Shown here: piece after piece, positions 1 to 12,776 of the stretch | Position numbering within the stretch: the first letter of the stretch is position 1 | Layout of the letters: each line of letters starts with the position of its first letter | Assembly (NCBI GenBank): GCA_004431415.1 | Contig: QPMI01000542.1 | Coordinates: forward strand, 248,001-312,000 | Direction: 5' to 3' | DNA length: 64,000 bases | Source of the DNA: Cyanophora paradoxa CCMP329 | Taxonomy: Eukaryota; Plantae; Glaucophyta | Made by a program: the position numbers and the translations under genes | Notes under the pieces: model-generated | Databases searched by the model: none | The model's input: only the letters and a program-made list of their open reading frames with translations | Told to the model about the DNA's origin: nothing

Positions 1-945
1 GCCCGTCAGCCCCGCCCCGCGCCCCGCCTCCTCCGTGTACCCCCGCCCGCGCACCTTGTCTCGGGAGCCGGAGAAGAGGGAGGTGGGGGTGAGGGCAAAG
101 GCGTTCACGCCGTCCAGGTGCGGCGGGTGCAGCGTCTGCGGGACGAGGGGCGCGCTCAGCCGCAGGCCGGGGCCCCCGCTCCGGCCCGGGGGCCGCACCT
201 TGCGCATCTCGAGGGTGGCCAGGTCCCACACCTTCGGGGCGGGGGGCGCCGGGTCAGGCGGCGAACGAAGCGGGCGCGAGGGGGGTACCTTGATCGAGTG
301 ATCGCGGGAGCCGGAGAAGAGGTTCCGCCCGTTCGCCGCCAGCGAGAAGACCGTCGACTGCGGCGAAATGAGAGGAGGGTGGGGTAAGGGGGAGGGGAGG
401 GGGGGACGAGAAGGGGTAAGGGAACGAACTTTGTGGCCGGTGAGGCTCTTGACTTGCGTCAGAGTCTCCTGCGACCAGACCCGAACCTGGAACGGGCAGG
501 AGCCGCTGCGACGCCCCCGAGAGCTGCTCCGCCGAGTGCGGCGGCGTGACCGTCTGCTGCAAGAAAGAGAGTCAGTGCGCTGACCCCCAACCACCTCCCC
601 ACCCTCGCCGGCTCGCCTCTGGGGGCCCGGGCGGTCCGCCAGAGACGCGCGCCGCGTGGTTCGCCGCGTCGATCTGCTGGAGCAGGAAGAGCAGCTTCTC
701 CTCGTGCTCCTGCGGGGCGGCGTCAGCTCCTGGAGCCGTGGGGGCCCGGGACGTGTGAGGGCGCGCCTCCTCGAGGATCGTGAGGCGCTTGTCGTACTCG
801 ACCTCGGCGATGTGCAGCTGCGGCGGGCGTCAGCAGATGCACAGCAGAAGCAAGAGAGAGCTCCAAAGAAGGGCGCGCGCATTGTTTGTCATGTCGTTAG
901 GTCCGACGGTCTTCTGCGCATGCTCGGTGAATGTCTGCTGTAGCT
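1..945 (-). pseudogene. Partial, internally deleted duplicate of the 3' part of the KIF21-like gene (runs off the window's left edge)
   Basis: 1-490 matches 4407-4880 (WD40 exons and introns) and ~496-945 matches ~6243-6690 (coiled-coil exons). About 1.36 kb of the parent is missing. The junction (CTG CCC GTT CCA G|GTT CGG GTC TGG) is out of frame, and a TAA precedes the AKLQQ homology. Confidence 0.85.
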
Positions 946-1597
946 TCGCTTACGCCGCGCCCGCCCGCGACTCTCCTGCAGGAACGGCAGCTCCGCCCGC
1001 GCCCGCGGCGCCGCCAACGCCGCCAGCGCGAGGACGAGGGCCGCCATCGCCGCGAGCGACCGCCCCACGCTTGGGCGAAGCGAGCGGCCGCGCTCCATGC
1101 GCTCCGATACACGACGCGCTCCTCCTCGCGGCCTCGGGACCGCCCGCTCGGGCCGCGCGAGCCGCAGCTATCGACTCGCCGCGGGGACATGTGTGTGCTG
1201 TGGCCGCAGCTTATGTATGGATACCGCTCGAGTGCGGTTTGAGCGCTCGCGCCTACGCACGCGCCTATACGCACGCGCGGCCCGCTTCGAGACGGTCGCC
1301 TGCGCTGCGAGTTCGCCGGCGATTCGCCGCACCGCAACGTTCAACGGAAATCTCGAAGAGAAGCTGGCTGGGACGCGTCTTTGGCAGTGTACCCGTTGGA
1401 CCGGCTTGGTCCCGCCACGAGCGCGCCGCCCGGTCCGCGGCCCGGAGCGAGCCCGGGCAGGGAGAGCCACAGAGCCGCTGACCGCTCATTAAGGTGAGCT
1501 GTTTGGGCGAAGTTTGAGTCGCCTGCCCGCCGCTCTTACAGGACGTTCTGACGAGAGCCGCAGGGACTCGCAAGCGTTTGAAGTGCCCTTGTGGTAG

Positions 1598-3577
1598 ATG
1601 GCGCGCGAACGCGCGGCGAAGCGGGCGAGGGCCGGAGATGCGTCGCCGGCAGGTCAGCAAGGTCGATCGACGCGCGAGCTTGAGCCGCGCCCCCGCGTCT
1701 CTGCGCGGTCCTTCTATGCGTTTTCCTTCGTTGACTCGCGTGGGCAGCCTCCGCGGCGGCGCTTTCGCGCGTGGCGGCGGTGATGGCAGCCGGCGGCAGC
1801 CCGTTCGACGCGCTGCCCGACGAGCTCGTCGCGCGCATCATCGGCCATGCGTCAGAGTGGAGCTATGTGGAGACGGGGTCAATCGAAGAGTACTCTGGCT
1901 CCCGTCGTTGCACCGATCAGATTCTCGGCAAGCTCGTGCGGCTCAGCCACATCTCCCGCCGTTTCCGCAGCCTCGCCCAGCAGCCCAGCCTCTGGGAGCG
2001 CATTCACATCCAGCCAGTCAGCAACGAAGCCATTGAAGCGCTTCTGAACCAGCCGAAAAAGCGCCGGGAGGCTATGCGCTCTCTTTTTTTGGCAAACGGC
2101 GACCTCAGCGATGACTCTTTCGTCAAGCTGTGCGAGACATTCGGCGAGCAGCTCACACACCTCAGCGTTGCATCCGATCACTACGGCTCTATCTCACCAA
2201 CTGTGATGTTTGCAATCCAGCACTTCTCGCGACTTGAGCAGGTATATCTTTGTGGCATTTCGATTCCTAATTTCGTGGCATTACTTCGATTTCCTTCAAT
2301 TCCCAACTTCTGTTGATGCCCGTGGCAATTTCAGCTGTATATTTGTGGAGAATCGGAGAGCTGGCTTGAGGAAAATATCGGTATGATTGCTGGGCCGATC
2401 GTCCAGGGCGGCCTGCAGGCGTTGGCTTCGCTTCCACTGCAGGCTTTGGAGCTGAACGAGTGTGTGATGCCGCTATTTTAATGCTCGCCCTGCGCTTACA
2501 TTTACTGCGCTCAGCTTTGCGATGAATCTTGAGACTCTCCAAGCACTTGCACCACTTGCCCCCACGCTGAAGCGGCTGCACTGCAGCTGTGGATTCATCA
2601 TCGACGGCGCTCTACTTCCCGTCTTCTCGTCGATCGCTGCTTTCCAGCAGCTGGAGCAGCTGACACTAGGTGGGCTTTGTTTTCTTAATCAGCAACGCTT
2701 CGAATTGTTTTCCTCCTTCGACCATCTTCTTCAGGATTCTACAACCGAGAGGGCTCATTGTTGTGGCCGAGCGCTTCCGAAGCGGACCTGCAACCACTCT
2801 CCAGCTTGTCATGTTTGCGAGGTGAGAGACTCGCGAAGTTCATTTAAATTTGTCTCTGGCCTGACAACTGGATCTTTCATCAGCATATGCCGTCTATGTG
2901 ATTCACACGCACACCGGCTTCCTCAGCGGCATGCGGCAGCTTGAAGACATCTGCCTAAACATGGTGGGTCCAGCTGACATCTCGGCGCTCCTGCCCCATG
3001 CTGGCAGCCTTCGTCGTGCGATCATCACTCATGACGATCTCGATGAAGCTGCTTCTACATCGTTCACTGCAGCGGCATCGAAGCTGGTTGCGTTAGAAGT
3101 GAGCATTGCCCTGACGTTTATATCATGTTTTCTTGTTTGCATGTGCTGCATGTAACTCTGACTACAGGAACTGAATCTCACACTGCCATCGGCGGCCTTC
3201 TCGGCTTTTGCTCAAGAATCCATGAAGCAGTGGACGAAACTCAAGTCCCTCACCCTGGAGTGCATGGGCCACAAAGAGATTCCGGGCGCGTTTTTGAAGG
3301 CAAGCACCTGAATTCGCACTGTCTGCGCCCGTCAAACTTCTTTCCGCGAGCTTATGCTCCGCTGTCGCAGCGCCTGGCGTCCGACGTGCCCAACCTCGCG
3401 GTGCTCAATGTCAAGTCGCCGCTCCCCCTCAGCTCGGCGGGCGGCCTCGTCGCCGTCTCCGCCCTCAAGCGCCTCCGCCGCCTCGTGATCGAGGGCGAGG
3501 CCACGTCGGCCGCAAATGCCGACACACGCCGAGCATTGCGAGGCGCGCTCCTCCGCGTGAAGATCTCGTTCAAGTAG
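1598..3577 (+). CDS. F-box/LRR-repeat protein (multi-exon), paralog 1
   Basis: Exon 1 MARERAAKRARAGDASPA splices in frame to SAAALSRVAAVMAAGG. F-box SPFDALPDELVARII...LVRLSHISRRFRSLAQQPSLW is followed by Leu-rich segments (LTHLSV, LKRLHC, LEQLTL, LRRLVIEG) and ends RVKISFK-TAG. Confidence 0.85.
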
Positions 3578-3865
3578 CCCATAGCTCAAGGCCGGGCATC
3601 TCTAGATCATCTGAGACATAGCTCAGGATCTAGTTTCCGATATCCGTAGTGAGCAGTCTGAATTTCCGATGAGCACTCCCAGCGCTTGCCCCTGTCTGGC
3701 CAATCATTGTTCTTCGAGGTCCTAAGAATGAAACAAACATAACCTGCTATTGATCCCGCCTGCACCTCCTATCTACCCCTCTGCACAGCTCTGGCGGCTA
3801 GGAACGGAGACGGCACAAAACTAAGCGGCCGGGCAGCAGCCCGCGGCGCGGCGGCCGGCGGGGCT

Positions 3866-6800
3866 CTACTGGCCCACCCAGACCTGCCGAGGGGGCGGCG
3901 TCATGCCCGAGGGGGCGGCGTCAGGCCCGGCGGGGCGGCCGCGGGGGCCCGGGGTATGCACCTTGATGGTTCGGTCGTTGGAGCAGGAGAGGAGGAGGTT
4001 CCGCGAGAGCACGATCGAGTTCACTGAGCGGGGGGTACAGGATCAGGGTGGGGGTGCGGCTTAAAAGGACAGGCAGGGGTACCGGGGCCCTTGTGGTCGT
4101 CCAGAGAGGCCAGCACGTCGACGGGCGCGTCCAGGTCCCACACCTGCGAGAAAGTGAGCGGGAGGGGGGTACGGCAGGCGCGAGGCGGGGGGTACCTTGA
4201 TTGTCGAGTCGCGGGAGGCGGAGATGAGGAGACGCGGCTCGGCGGCCACCAGCAGCGACCTGGCGGGGGGTACGACGTCGGCGGGGGGTACGGGGGCCGG
4301 GGAGGGGCGCGGGGCGGGCGCACGAGATCCAGTCGGCGTGGGCGGCCATGCGGGAGCGGGTCGCTTGGAAGCCGTTCAGGTCCCACTGCTTGATCGACTG
4401 CGCCCCGCCCGTCAGCCCCGCCCCGCCCTCCGCCTCCGTGTACCCCCGCCCGCGCACCTTGTCTCGGGAGCCGGAGAAGAGGGAGGTGGGGGTGAGGGCG
4501 AAGGCGTTCACGCCGTCCAGGTGCGGCGGGTGCAGCGTCTGCGGGACGAGGGGCGCGCTCAGCCGCAGGCCGGGGCCCCCGCTCCGGCCCGGGGGCCGCA
4601 CCTTGCGCATCTCGAGGGTGGCCAGGTCCCACACCTGCGGGGCGGGGGCGCCGGGTCAGACGGCGAACGAAGCGGGCGCGAGGGGGGGTACCTTGATGGA
4701 GTGATCGCGGGAGCCGGAGAAGAGGTTCCGCCCGTTCGCCGCCAGCGAGAAGACGGTCGACTGCGGCGAAATGAGAGGAGGGTGGGGTAAGGGGGAGGGG
4801 AGGGGGGTACGGGGACGCACTTTGTGGCCGGTGAGGCTCTTGACTGGCGTCAGAGTCTCCTGCGACCAGACCCGAACCTGTGGGGAGGAGGAGGTTAGCC
4901 GGGGGTACAGCATCACCAGGGGATACATGAGTACCGTGTTGTCCTCGGAGCCGGAGAAGATCATGTTGTTGTGCGCCACGATCGAGTAGATCTCCCGCTG
5001 GTGGCCCTGCGCCCCGCGCTCGAGGGGGTACAGGCGCCGGGCTGCAGGGGGTACGGCACCTGCAGGACCTTGACGCAGGCGTTGCTCCGCGTGTCCCACA
5101 TCCGGATGGTCGAGTCTTGCGCCCCTGAGATAGACAATGGGTACAGGACCAGACTAGAGAGGGGGTACGGGGCCGCACCGGAGAACAGGTACCGCCCGTC
5201 GGGGGTGACGGAGACGCAGCGCACGAAGCCGTTGTGGCCCCGCAGCACGCCCACCTCCTCGCACCGCGTCAGGTCCCACACCTGCGGGCCCGTCAGCGGC
5301 GCCGACGGTCGGACGGGGCACGGGGGGTACCTTGATGGTGGAGTCCTGGGAGGAGGAGAACAGCGTCTCTGTCGCGTCGGAGCAGGCGAGGGCGAGGACG
5401 AAGCCCGTGTGCCCGCCCATCGACTTGACGCATCGGAACGCTTCGCCGAGCCCCCCGTCCGGCTCCGAGGGCGCCGCCCCCGCCTTGGGCGTCCCCGTGC
5501 CCGACACGGCCCCCAGCGGCCCGGTCCGCCGCGCGGTCTGGCCCCCGCCGCTCCCGCTCGAGCGGGCCGTGTACGAGCCCGCCGTGTCGAGCGGGCTTGC
5601 CTGCGGCCGCGCCGGCGCCGAGCGCGCCGAGGCGGCGGCCTCCTCGGGCGGGGCGGATGCGGCGGCGGGGAGGGGTACGTGGAGGGAGCCGGGGGTACCG
5701 GGGGAGACGGCGCGGAAGCTGGAGGGGGGGCACGAGAGGGCGGAGGCGTCCGGGGCGGAGTGGGCGTGGGCGAGGGTGTGGGCGGGGGTCGAGGGGGAGG
5801 GGGCCACGACGAGGGTCGGGGGCTGCGCCGGCGCGTGCGCCGCGGCGGCCGCCGCGTGCTGCAGCTGCTGGCAATGCGCCTTCAGCTCCTCCACCTGCGA
5901 CGCCCAAAGCGCGTCAGCGGCAGAGGCCGCGCGGCTCGCAAGGGGCGGCGAGCGGACCTGCTTCTGCAGCCTGTCGATCTCGTTCGACCTGGCGGCGAGC
6001 CCGCGCTCTCGCGCCTCCACCTGAGAGGGACGGGATCGAACCCGCGCGGGGCCCCTGTCCCCTGCGGGAGTGCGGACCTGCCCCATGAGCTCGTCGCGCT
6101 CGGCCTGCAGCTGTTGGTTCGTCGCGCTGTACTTCGCGTTGTGCTTCGTCAGGATCGAGATCTGCGCCGCGGGCTCGGATCCGGCGGGGTGCGGTTCGGG
6201 TGCGGCCGGCCCGCCCCTGCCGCACCTGCTCCTCCTTCAGCTGCAGGAGCCGCTGCGACGCCCCCGAGAGCTGCTCCGCCGAGTGCGGCGGCGTGACCGT
6301 CTGCTGCGAGAGGGATGGTCAGCGCGTCGGCCCCGGACCCCCCATCCCGCCCTCCCCGGCTCGCCTCTGGGGGCCCGGGCGGTCCGCCGGAGACGCGCGC
6401 CGCGTGGTTCGCCGCGTCGATCTGCTGGAGCAGGAAGAGCAGCTTCTCCTCGTGCTCCTGCGGGGGCGGCGTCAGCTCCTGGAGCCGTGGGGGCCCGGGA
6501 TGGGAGAGGGCGCGCCTCCTCGAGGATCGTGAGGCGCTTGTCGTACTCGACCTCAGCGATGTGCAGCTGCGGCGGGCGTCAGAAGACGACGCTCTGACAA
6601 AGCAAGAGAGAGCTCCAAAGAAGAGGGCGCGCGTTGTTCGTCATCTCGCTTATGGTGGTCTTCTGCTCGGCGAACGCCTGCTGCAGCTTCGCCGTCTGCA
6701 GCGCCCAGCTCTGCGCGCGCGCCGCCCCACCGCTCAGCCATGAAAGCAGAAGTGACCTCTCGGCCGGTCGGCGGCGCGCGCGCACGTTCTCCGCGCCCTT

Positions 6801-9684
6801 GAGCCGCACGACCCGAGCGAAGAGCATCTTAATGAGGCGGCGGTGCTCCTGCGGCGACATCTGCGTCCCGGCCCGCCCGCGTCGGACACCGCGCCTCGCC
6901 CTCGAATGTTCCTGCGCGCACCTGCTCCAGGCGGGTGTTGAAGAGCTGGTCCGAGGCCTCTATGCACTCGGCGAGGTCCTGCACGCGCGAGCGCGCGGCG
7001 TTCAGAACCGGCGGAGAAGCGCGTTGCGTTGTGAAGCGAAGGGGAAAGGACGGGGGCAGGGAAGGAGGCTAAGCGTCCGTCGTGAAGCTAAGATAAGCTG
7101 AGATGGCAGAAGCTAAAGCGTCCGTTGGAGCGGAGGGTCCAGCGGAAGCTAAGCCAAGCGGAGGAGGGCGAAGAGCGAGCGCGAGCACGAGCTCGGGCGA
7201 AGGGGCGGCTAGCTAAGATGCCCAGCGGATCCCTAGGCTTGATCCAATCCAGCGGAGGAGGGCGAGGAATGCGGGGGAAGGGATGGGGGGGCGGCCCACC
7301 TGGCGGGCCTCGCTCATGCGCATCGCGGTGAAGTCCAGCTCCGCGTCGATCGTCTCCATCCGCTCCTCCTGCGCCGCCAGGCGTGTGAAGGGAAGGAGGA
7401 GAGGGAGGTTGTGGGGGGGGGTACGTCGCACCAGCTCGGCGAGCTGAAGCTCCTCGTCGGGCGTGAGGACTGCCGGGGGCGGGGGGCGGGGGCGGGGGCG
7501 TCAGGTCGGGAGGGGTACGGGTGGAGGGGGGTACGGGGCACCGTCCGCCTCTGCGGGCTCGGCCCCCGGCGGCAGCCGCTCCCTGCGCTCCCGCTTGATC
7601 TGCAGGTGCGCCGCGGCCTTCTTGCAGTACTCCTGCGGGGTGGGGGCGGGACGGGTAAGAAGAAGAAGAATCCCCGGGGGTACGACGAGGAGCCGGGATG
7701 GGGTACGGCACCTGGTCCGCGAGGAGCTGGTCCCTCTTCCGCTGCTCCGACTTGAGCGAGTCGCTGACCTCGTTCTTGCGTACCCAGACGTCGACCTGGG
7801 GCGCGGGATCAGCGGCGGGGGTACGGGATCTGCGCGTGCGGGGCGGGAGGGGTACGGCAGCACCTCGCGGTTGAGCCACGCGTCCATGCGGCCGACGGAG
7901 GTGAAGAGGCCCTGGCGGAGGGGGGCCAGCTGCTGGGCGGCGGGGAGGGCGGGAGGCGGGGCGAGGGCCGGGGCGGGGGCGGCGGCCGGGAGGGCCGGGG
8001 CGCGGGGCGTGGGGGGCGTGCCGGAGCCGGAGGGCGGAAGAGAGAGGGTGGCGGGGGCGGCGGGGCCGGGGGCGGGGGCGGCGGAGGAGCCGGGTGAGCG
8101 GTGCAGGCGCCGCCGCATCGCGCTCGTCTCCTCCACGCGGCGCTTCAGCAGCGCTTCCTTCTTCGCGTTGTCCTGCGCCGAAAAGGTGCGTATACGGTCA
8201 TGTACCCGTCCCGACCGATCCAGGGAGGGGTACGTCCCGCCTCACCTGCTCCAGGAGCTTGAGCTTGATGTTGGTCTTGGCCTGCTGCCTCCGGAGCCTG
8301 GCCGCGGCGCCGCGTCAGGGAGGGGCGGGAGGGGACCCGGGGGGTACCGCCGCACTGGGATATCTCCTGGTTGCACTTCGAGATGTACTCCTGGTACTGG
8401 TCCTTCTCTGCGCGCGGTGTCAGTAAGGTTATCCCGCCGACAAGCGTAAACAAAATGAACGAAAACAACAAGAGCAATTGCATGCCTTCCTTGAGCTTGC
8501 GCTGGAACGCGATCTTCTGCTTCTTGAGCTCGAGGATGTCCTGCTGCAGGGCCCCGATCCGCTGCTCGTGCTGCTGCTGCATCTTGCTCACGGTGCTCTG
8601 CGGGACGGGGCGGGGCGGGGCCGGGTGCTCGCTCAGCGCGACGCAGCGAGCGGGGCGGGAAGATATCTAGTTATCATGATGATTAGGCACCCGGTCGCCC
8701 TGCTTCTTCTTGAGCTCCTTGAGCTGCGTCTCGAGCTGGGCGAGCGTCTGCTCGTACTGCTGCCGGACCGCCCGCTTCTCCGACTCGGTCTTGGCGCTCG
8801 ACTCGGCCTGCACGCGCAGCATCTCCAGCTGCGTCCGCTCGATCTCGGACTCCAGGTCCTGAGGGGTGCCCAAAGATTAGAAACGGAAATGCGGAGGGGC
8901 GGGCGGGGCGGGGCGGGGCGGGGCGGGGGGCGGGGGGGTAGGCACCTTGATCTTCATCTCGTACGCGTTCTGCATCGCCCGGAGCCTGCCCGAGCGCGCT
9001 CAGCGGCGGTCCTAAAGCAAACAGGAGCCGGCCGCACTCTTCGGAGGTGCGGGTGAGCTGCGCGATGAGCTGCTCCTTGCGGGCTATGTTCGTCGAGAGG
9101 TCCCGCACCGTCTTCTCCAGCACCTGCTGCTGCACCTGCACAAACAGACAAACAAACGGTCAGCTCGAAGAAGAAGAAGCTCTAGGTGAGACTTTAAAAA
9201 GCTTAAGAGTTTAGCTTAAACGGTCAGCTTGAAGCTACGCTTAGCTAAGAGCTATGCGAAGCTTCGGGTGCTCGCGCGCCTCGTACTCGCGGGTGCGCGT
9301 GTCGCTCATGAGGTCGTCGTCCGTGCTGCTCACGATCTCGCCCTCCTCCACGCTGCCCGTCGCGTAGCTCTCGCCCTCCGAAAGCCCGTCCTCGTGCTGC
9401 TCCCCGCCCGCCCCGGCGCCGGACCCGGAACCCTCGCCGGCCGGCCCGTCCGCCTCGGACGGGCCCGACTCGGTCGGCGAGACGACGCCGGAGCTCGAGC
9501 GCGGGGCGGGGCTCGCCCGCTGCGAGCGCTCCCGCCGGATTCGCGTCACCGCCGGCGTCGCCGCGGGGCTCGCGCCCTGCCTTGAGCCCGACGGCGCCGC
9601 GGCCGCCGCCTGGCCGCCGCCTGGCGGCTGCGGGGGCGGCGGTGGCTGCTGGCTAGGGTCGGATGGGGTGGTGGCGTTGGAGGC

Positions 9685-9718
<34 letters not shown>

Positions 9719-12235
9719 ACGGTCGTCGGGGGGGCGGCGGAGAGGAGGGAGACGGAGACGGGGTCGTGCGAGCCGAGGCGCATGAGCTCCTCCTCGAGCT
9801 CCGAGCGCGCCCGCGAGAGGATGGAGATCTCCCGCATCTTCTCCCCGAAGATCAGCTCGTCCTGCGCCAGCGTCTCCTCGGCGATCCGCAGCTGCTGCAT
9901 CTTGTCCTGCAGCTCGTCCTGCAGCTTCTCGTTCTCGTTCTCGAGCTCCCGGATCCGCGCCAGCTGCTCCTCCAGCACCCCCTCGTTCGAGTAGCCCTCC
10001 GGCAGCTACGGGAAGGGGGACGATCAACGCTCAGCGCCGCGCGGAAAGACTCGACGGAGGCACCTCGACGGCCCCGCCCCGCGCCGCCTCCTCCAGCTTG
10101 AGGCGGTACAGGTCCCGCTCCCGCACGGCGCTCGTCCGCTCCTCCTTCGCCTCCCGCGCAGACTGCTTCGCGCGCTGCCGGGGGGGCATTAGGGAAGGGG
10201 GTAAACGAAACTGGTTCGGGGGAGGGGGAAGGGGGTACGGCACCTCAAGCTCGACGCGGAGGGAGGAGCACTGCTTCTCGAGCTCGCCGTTGGCCTCCTT
10301 CAGGCGCTGCAGCTCCTCGAGCACGTCCGAGTCGCCGCCGTCCAGCAGGAAGTAGTCGCCCTGGCGCGTCCGCAGCAGCTCCGCCTGAAGCCGCTCGATC
10401 TCCTTCCGGAGGGACACCAGCTGGGCGCTCTGCGGAGGTGGAGGAGGGGTGAGCGAAGCGCGGGAGGGAGGGGCGAAGGCGGGGGACGCACGTTGGGGTC
10501 CCTGTTGACGACGGGCTTGTTCTTGATGTTCCGCGCCCGATTAGCGTACTTCAACTACGGGGGGCGGGTCGGGGTCGGTTTGAGGGGGGCGCGACCCGGC
10601 GCGGGCGGGAGAGAGCGGAAGAGAGTGCGGACCGTGTTGAGCGACTCTTCAAAGTTAATGTCGGCGGGGCTTACGCAGGCGATCATGAGCGTCTTGGAGT
10701 TGCCGCCTGCGCCGCGCGAGTCAGGGGGGGGAGCGGGGTGCAGGAAGGGGCAAAAGGGCCCCAAAAGGAATGAAAAGAAAGGGAAGAAGGGCTAGGTTCG
10801 CGCCGAGAGAGTCCTGGAGCATGCGCGTGAGCTTCGAGTCGCGGTAGGGGACGTGGCAGCCGATCCGCCGCTCGTCGCCGAGCGCGCTGATGACGTTCCC
10901 GAGGGCCAGGAGCCCGCTGTTGATGTGGATGCCCTCCTTCAGCCGCTCGCCCTCCGCCTTCGTGCGCTTGAGGCGCTCGGAGCCTGCGCGGGGCGCCAGC
11001 GCCTCCGCTCGGCGCCGCCCTGCACGGCCCGGAGGCGCCGCGCGCGCACCGGCGAGATCGACAAAGTGGAACTTGCTCGTCATGTACTCGGGAATGGCAT
11101 TCGGATCTGCGGGAGGGGCGGGTGAGCGCCGCGCGGGCGAGGGCGGGGCGGCCGGGCGGCCGGGCGCCGGCGCCGCACCGCTCGGGTCGACGGCGGAGCG
11201 CTGCTCCATCATGACCGTGAAGATAGCGTGCGAGCGGCTGGAGCGCTCGTTCATCTGCGTGCTGCCCGTCGTGCGGCTCAGCGTGCCCCGCTCCAGGCTC
11301 GCCGCCATCTCCTCCTCGGTCGTCACAGCCTCCTCGCGCACGCCCGTGAGGAAGATGCCGCCGTTCGGGTCCTCTCGTATGCTAACGGTCCTCGATGTCG
11401 ATCCCAGCTTCCGCTGCACGGCCGTCGCCGGGTCCAGCAGGTCCCGCAGCTCCTCGTTGTGGATCTCGATGAAGCTCACGCGGAGCGTGAAGTCCGCCTC
11501 GCCCTTCTTTTTCTGCGCCGCAGGAGCGCTCGCAAAGTGTCTGAGGGGCGCAGGGAAGCGCAAGGGCACCTCGATCGTTGCGAACAGCTCCTTTATGACG
11601 CGCTGCAACGACTAGGTTGGCGGGGAGCCCGCTCCGGCGCAGCCGGGCGGCGGGCGGCGTACCGGAATGATGCCGACCTCGTGCTCCAGCAAATTGGCGC
11701 TGTTCCCGCTACCCATAGTGTACCTGCACGGTGCGGGCGGGCGGCGGTGAGCGTTGCGGGGATGCAGCGCGCGGCCCGACCCACACAGGATTTCGGCAAA
11801 GAGAAAGAACATGCGCACGTCTTTCCGGAGCCTGTCTGGCCGTACGCGAGGACTGTCGCGTTGTAGCCCGCGAAGCAGGCCTGCACCAGCGGACTGACGC
11901 ATTCCTCGTAGATATGCCTCTGCGTGGGCGTTACGCCGCACAGCTAAGCGGGCACGCTTCAAGAAGGGAGTCGGCGGCTCAGCGGCGCGGACCTGCGTGC
12001 TTTCCTGGTGGTAGACGTAATCAAATGTGAAGCCCCTGTCCTTGCCAATCGTGATGGATTTAGCATCGTTGTATGTTACGCACTCCCTGCAGTTCGCCAG
12101 GACCTCGCTTGAGAGGAGCGGCCGGGCCTGCACGGGTTTGAGCGTGGCTCGGCGACGCCCAGCCACGATGCGCACCCGCAACGCGACCCTGACGCTCGTC
12201 TCCTTGAGCGGACCATCGTCGTCCGGCCCAGGCAT
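3866..12235 (-). CDS. KIF21: Kinesin-4 family motor with long coiled coil and C-terminal WD40 propeller (KIF21-like), many introns
   Basis: Motor motifs [49 protein letters not shown] and [12 protein letters not shown]. Coiled-coil exons. WD40 repeats including LHPPHLDG...[15 protein letters not shown]...AHADWI. Ends VWVGQ-TAG. Confidence 0.9.
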
Positions 12236-12776
12236 CGCTGGCGGCGACGCTCAGCGGCTGGCAGGTCTCGTTTGGGTGACTCGGCGATTCGAACCCTTGA
12301 ACGTTGCACTATGTTGCAAATTCACCGATCGAGTCAGCGCGCGCGTCGACGTCGTTTGTAAATTGACGCTCGCAATTCGCTGCTCGCGCTGAGCTGCTTC
12401 TCTGTGCCGAGGTGCTGCTTCTGCTCTCTCTCCAGCGCGCCGTCGGCGCCGACGCGAATCGCGAATGCCGCATGCGCAAGTGCTTCCCCGGGCCCGGCCG
12501 CGGGGCCCAGCCTGGCAGCCGCTGAGCGCGCGCGCGGCGTCGCGCCGCCGCGCGCGCCCGCTGCGGGCAAGCGCTAGCCACTGGGCCATGAAGCTGGCGG
12601 AGCACTCTAGATCTAGATCTGCTCGGGCTTGCTACAAATCGGATACAACGTACGCAAAGGAAACGACGTCGACATATATAGAAACTGCCATATGCACTGC
12701 CGGACATTCATATCATGCAGAAAGCGCAGCTGCAGGTCGCGGCCGCGATACCTGCTCTGCAAGAACAGCTAGCCGT

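Noticed and set aside
4971-6296. Long antisense and alternate-frame ORFs (also 14154-15725, 16998-18293 and similar)
   Set aside because: Shadow ORFs caused by high GC and stop-codon scarcity. They are Arg/Pro/Gly-rich with no motifs and overlap real spliced genes.
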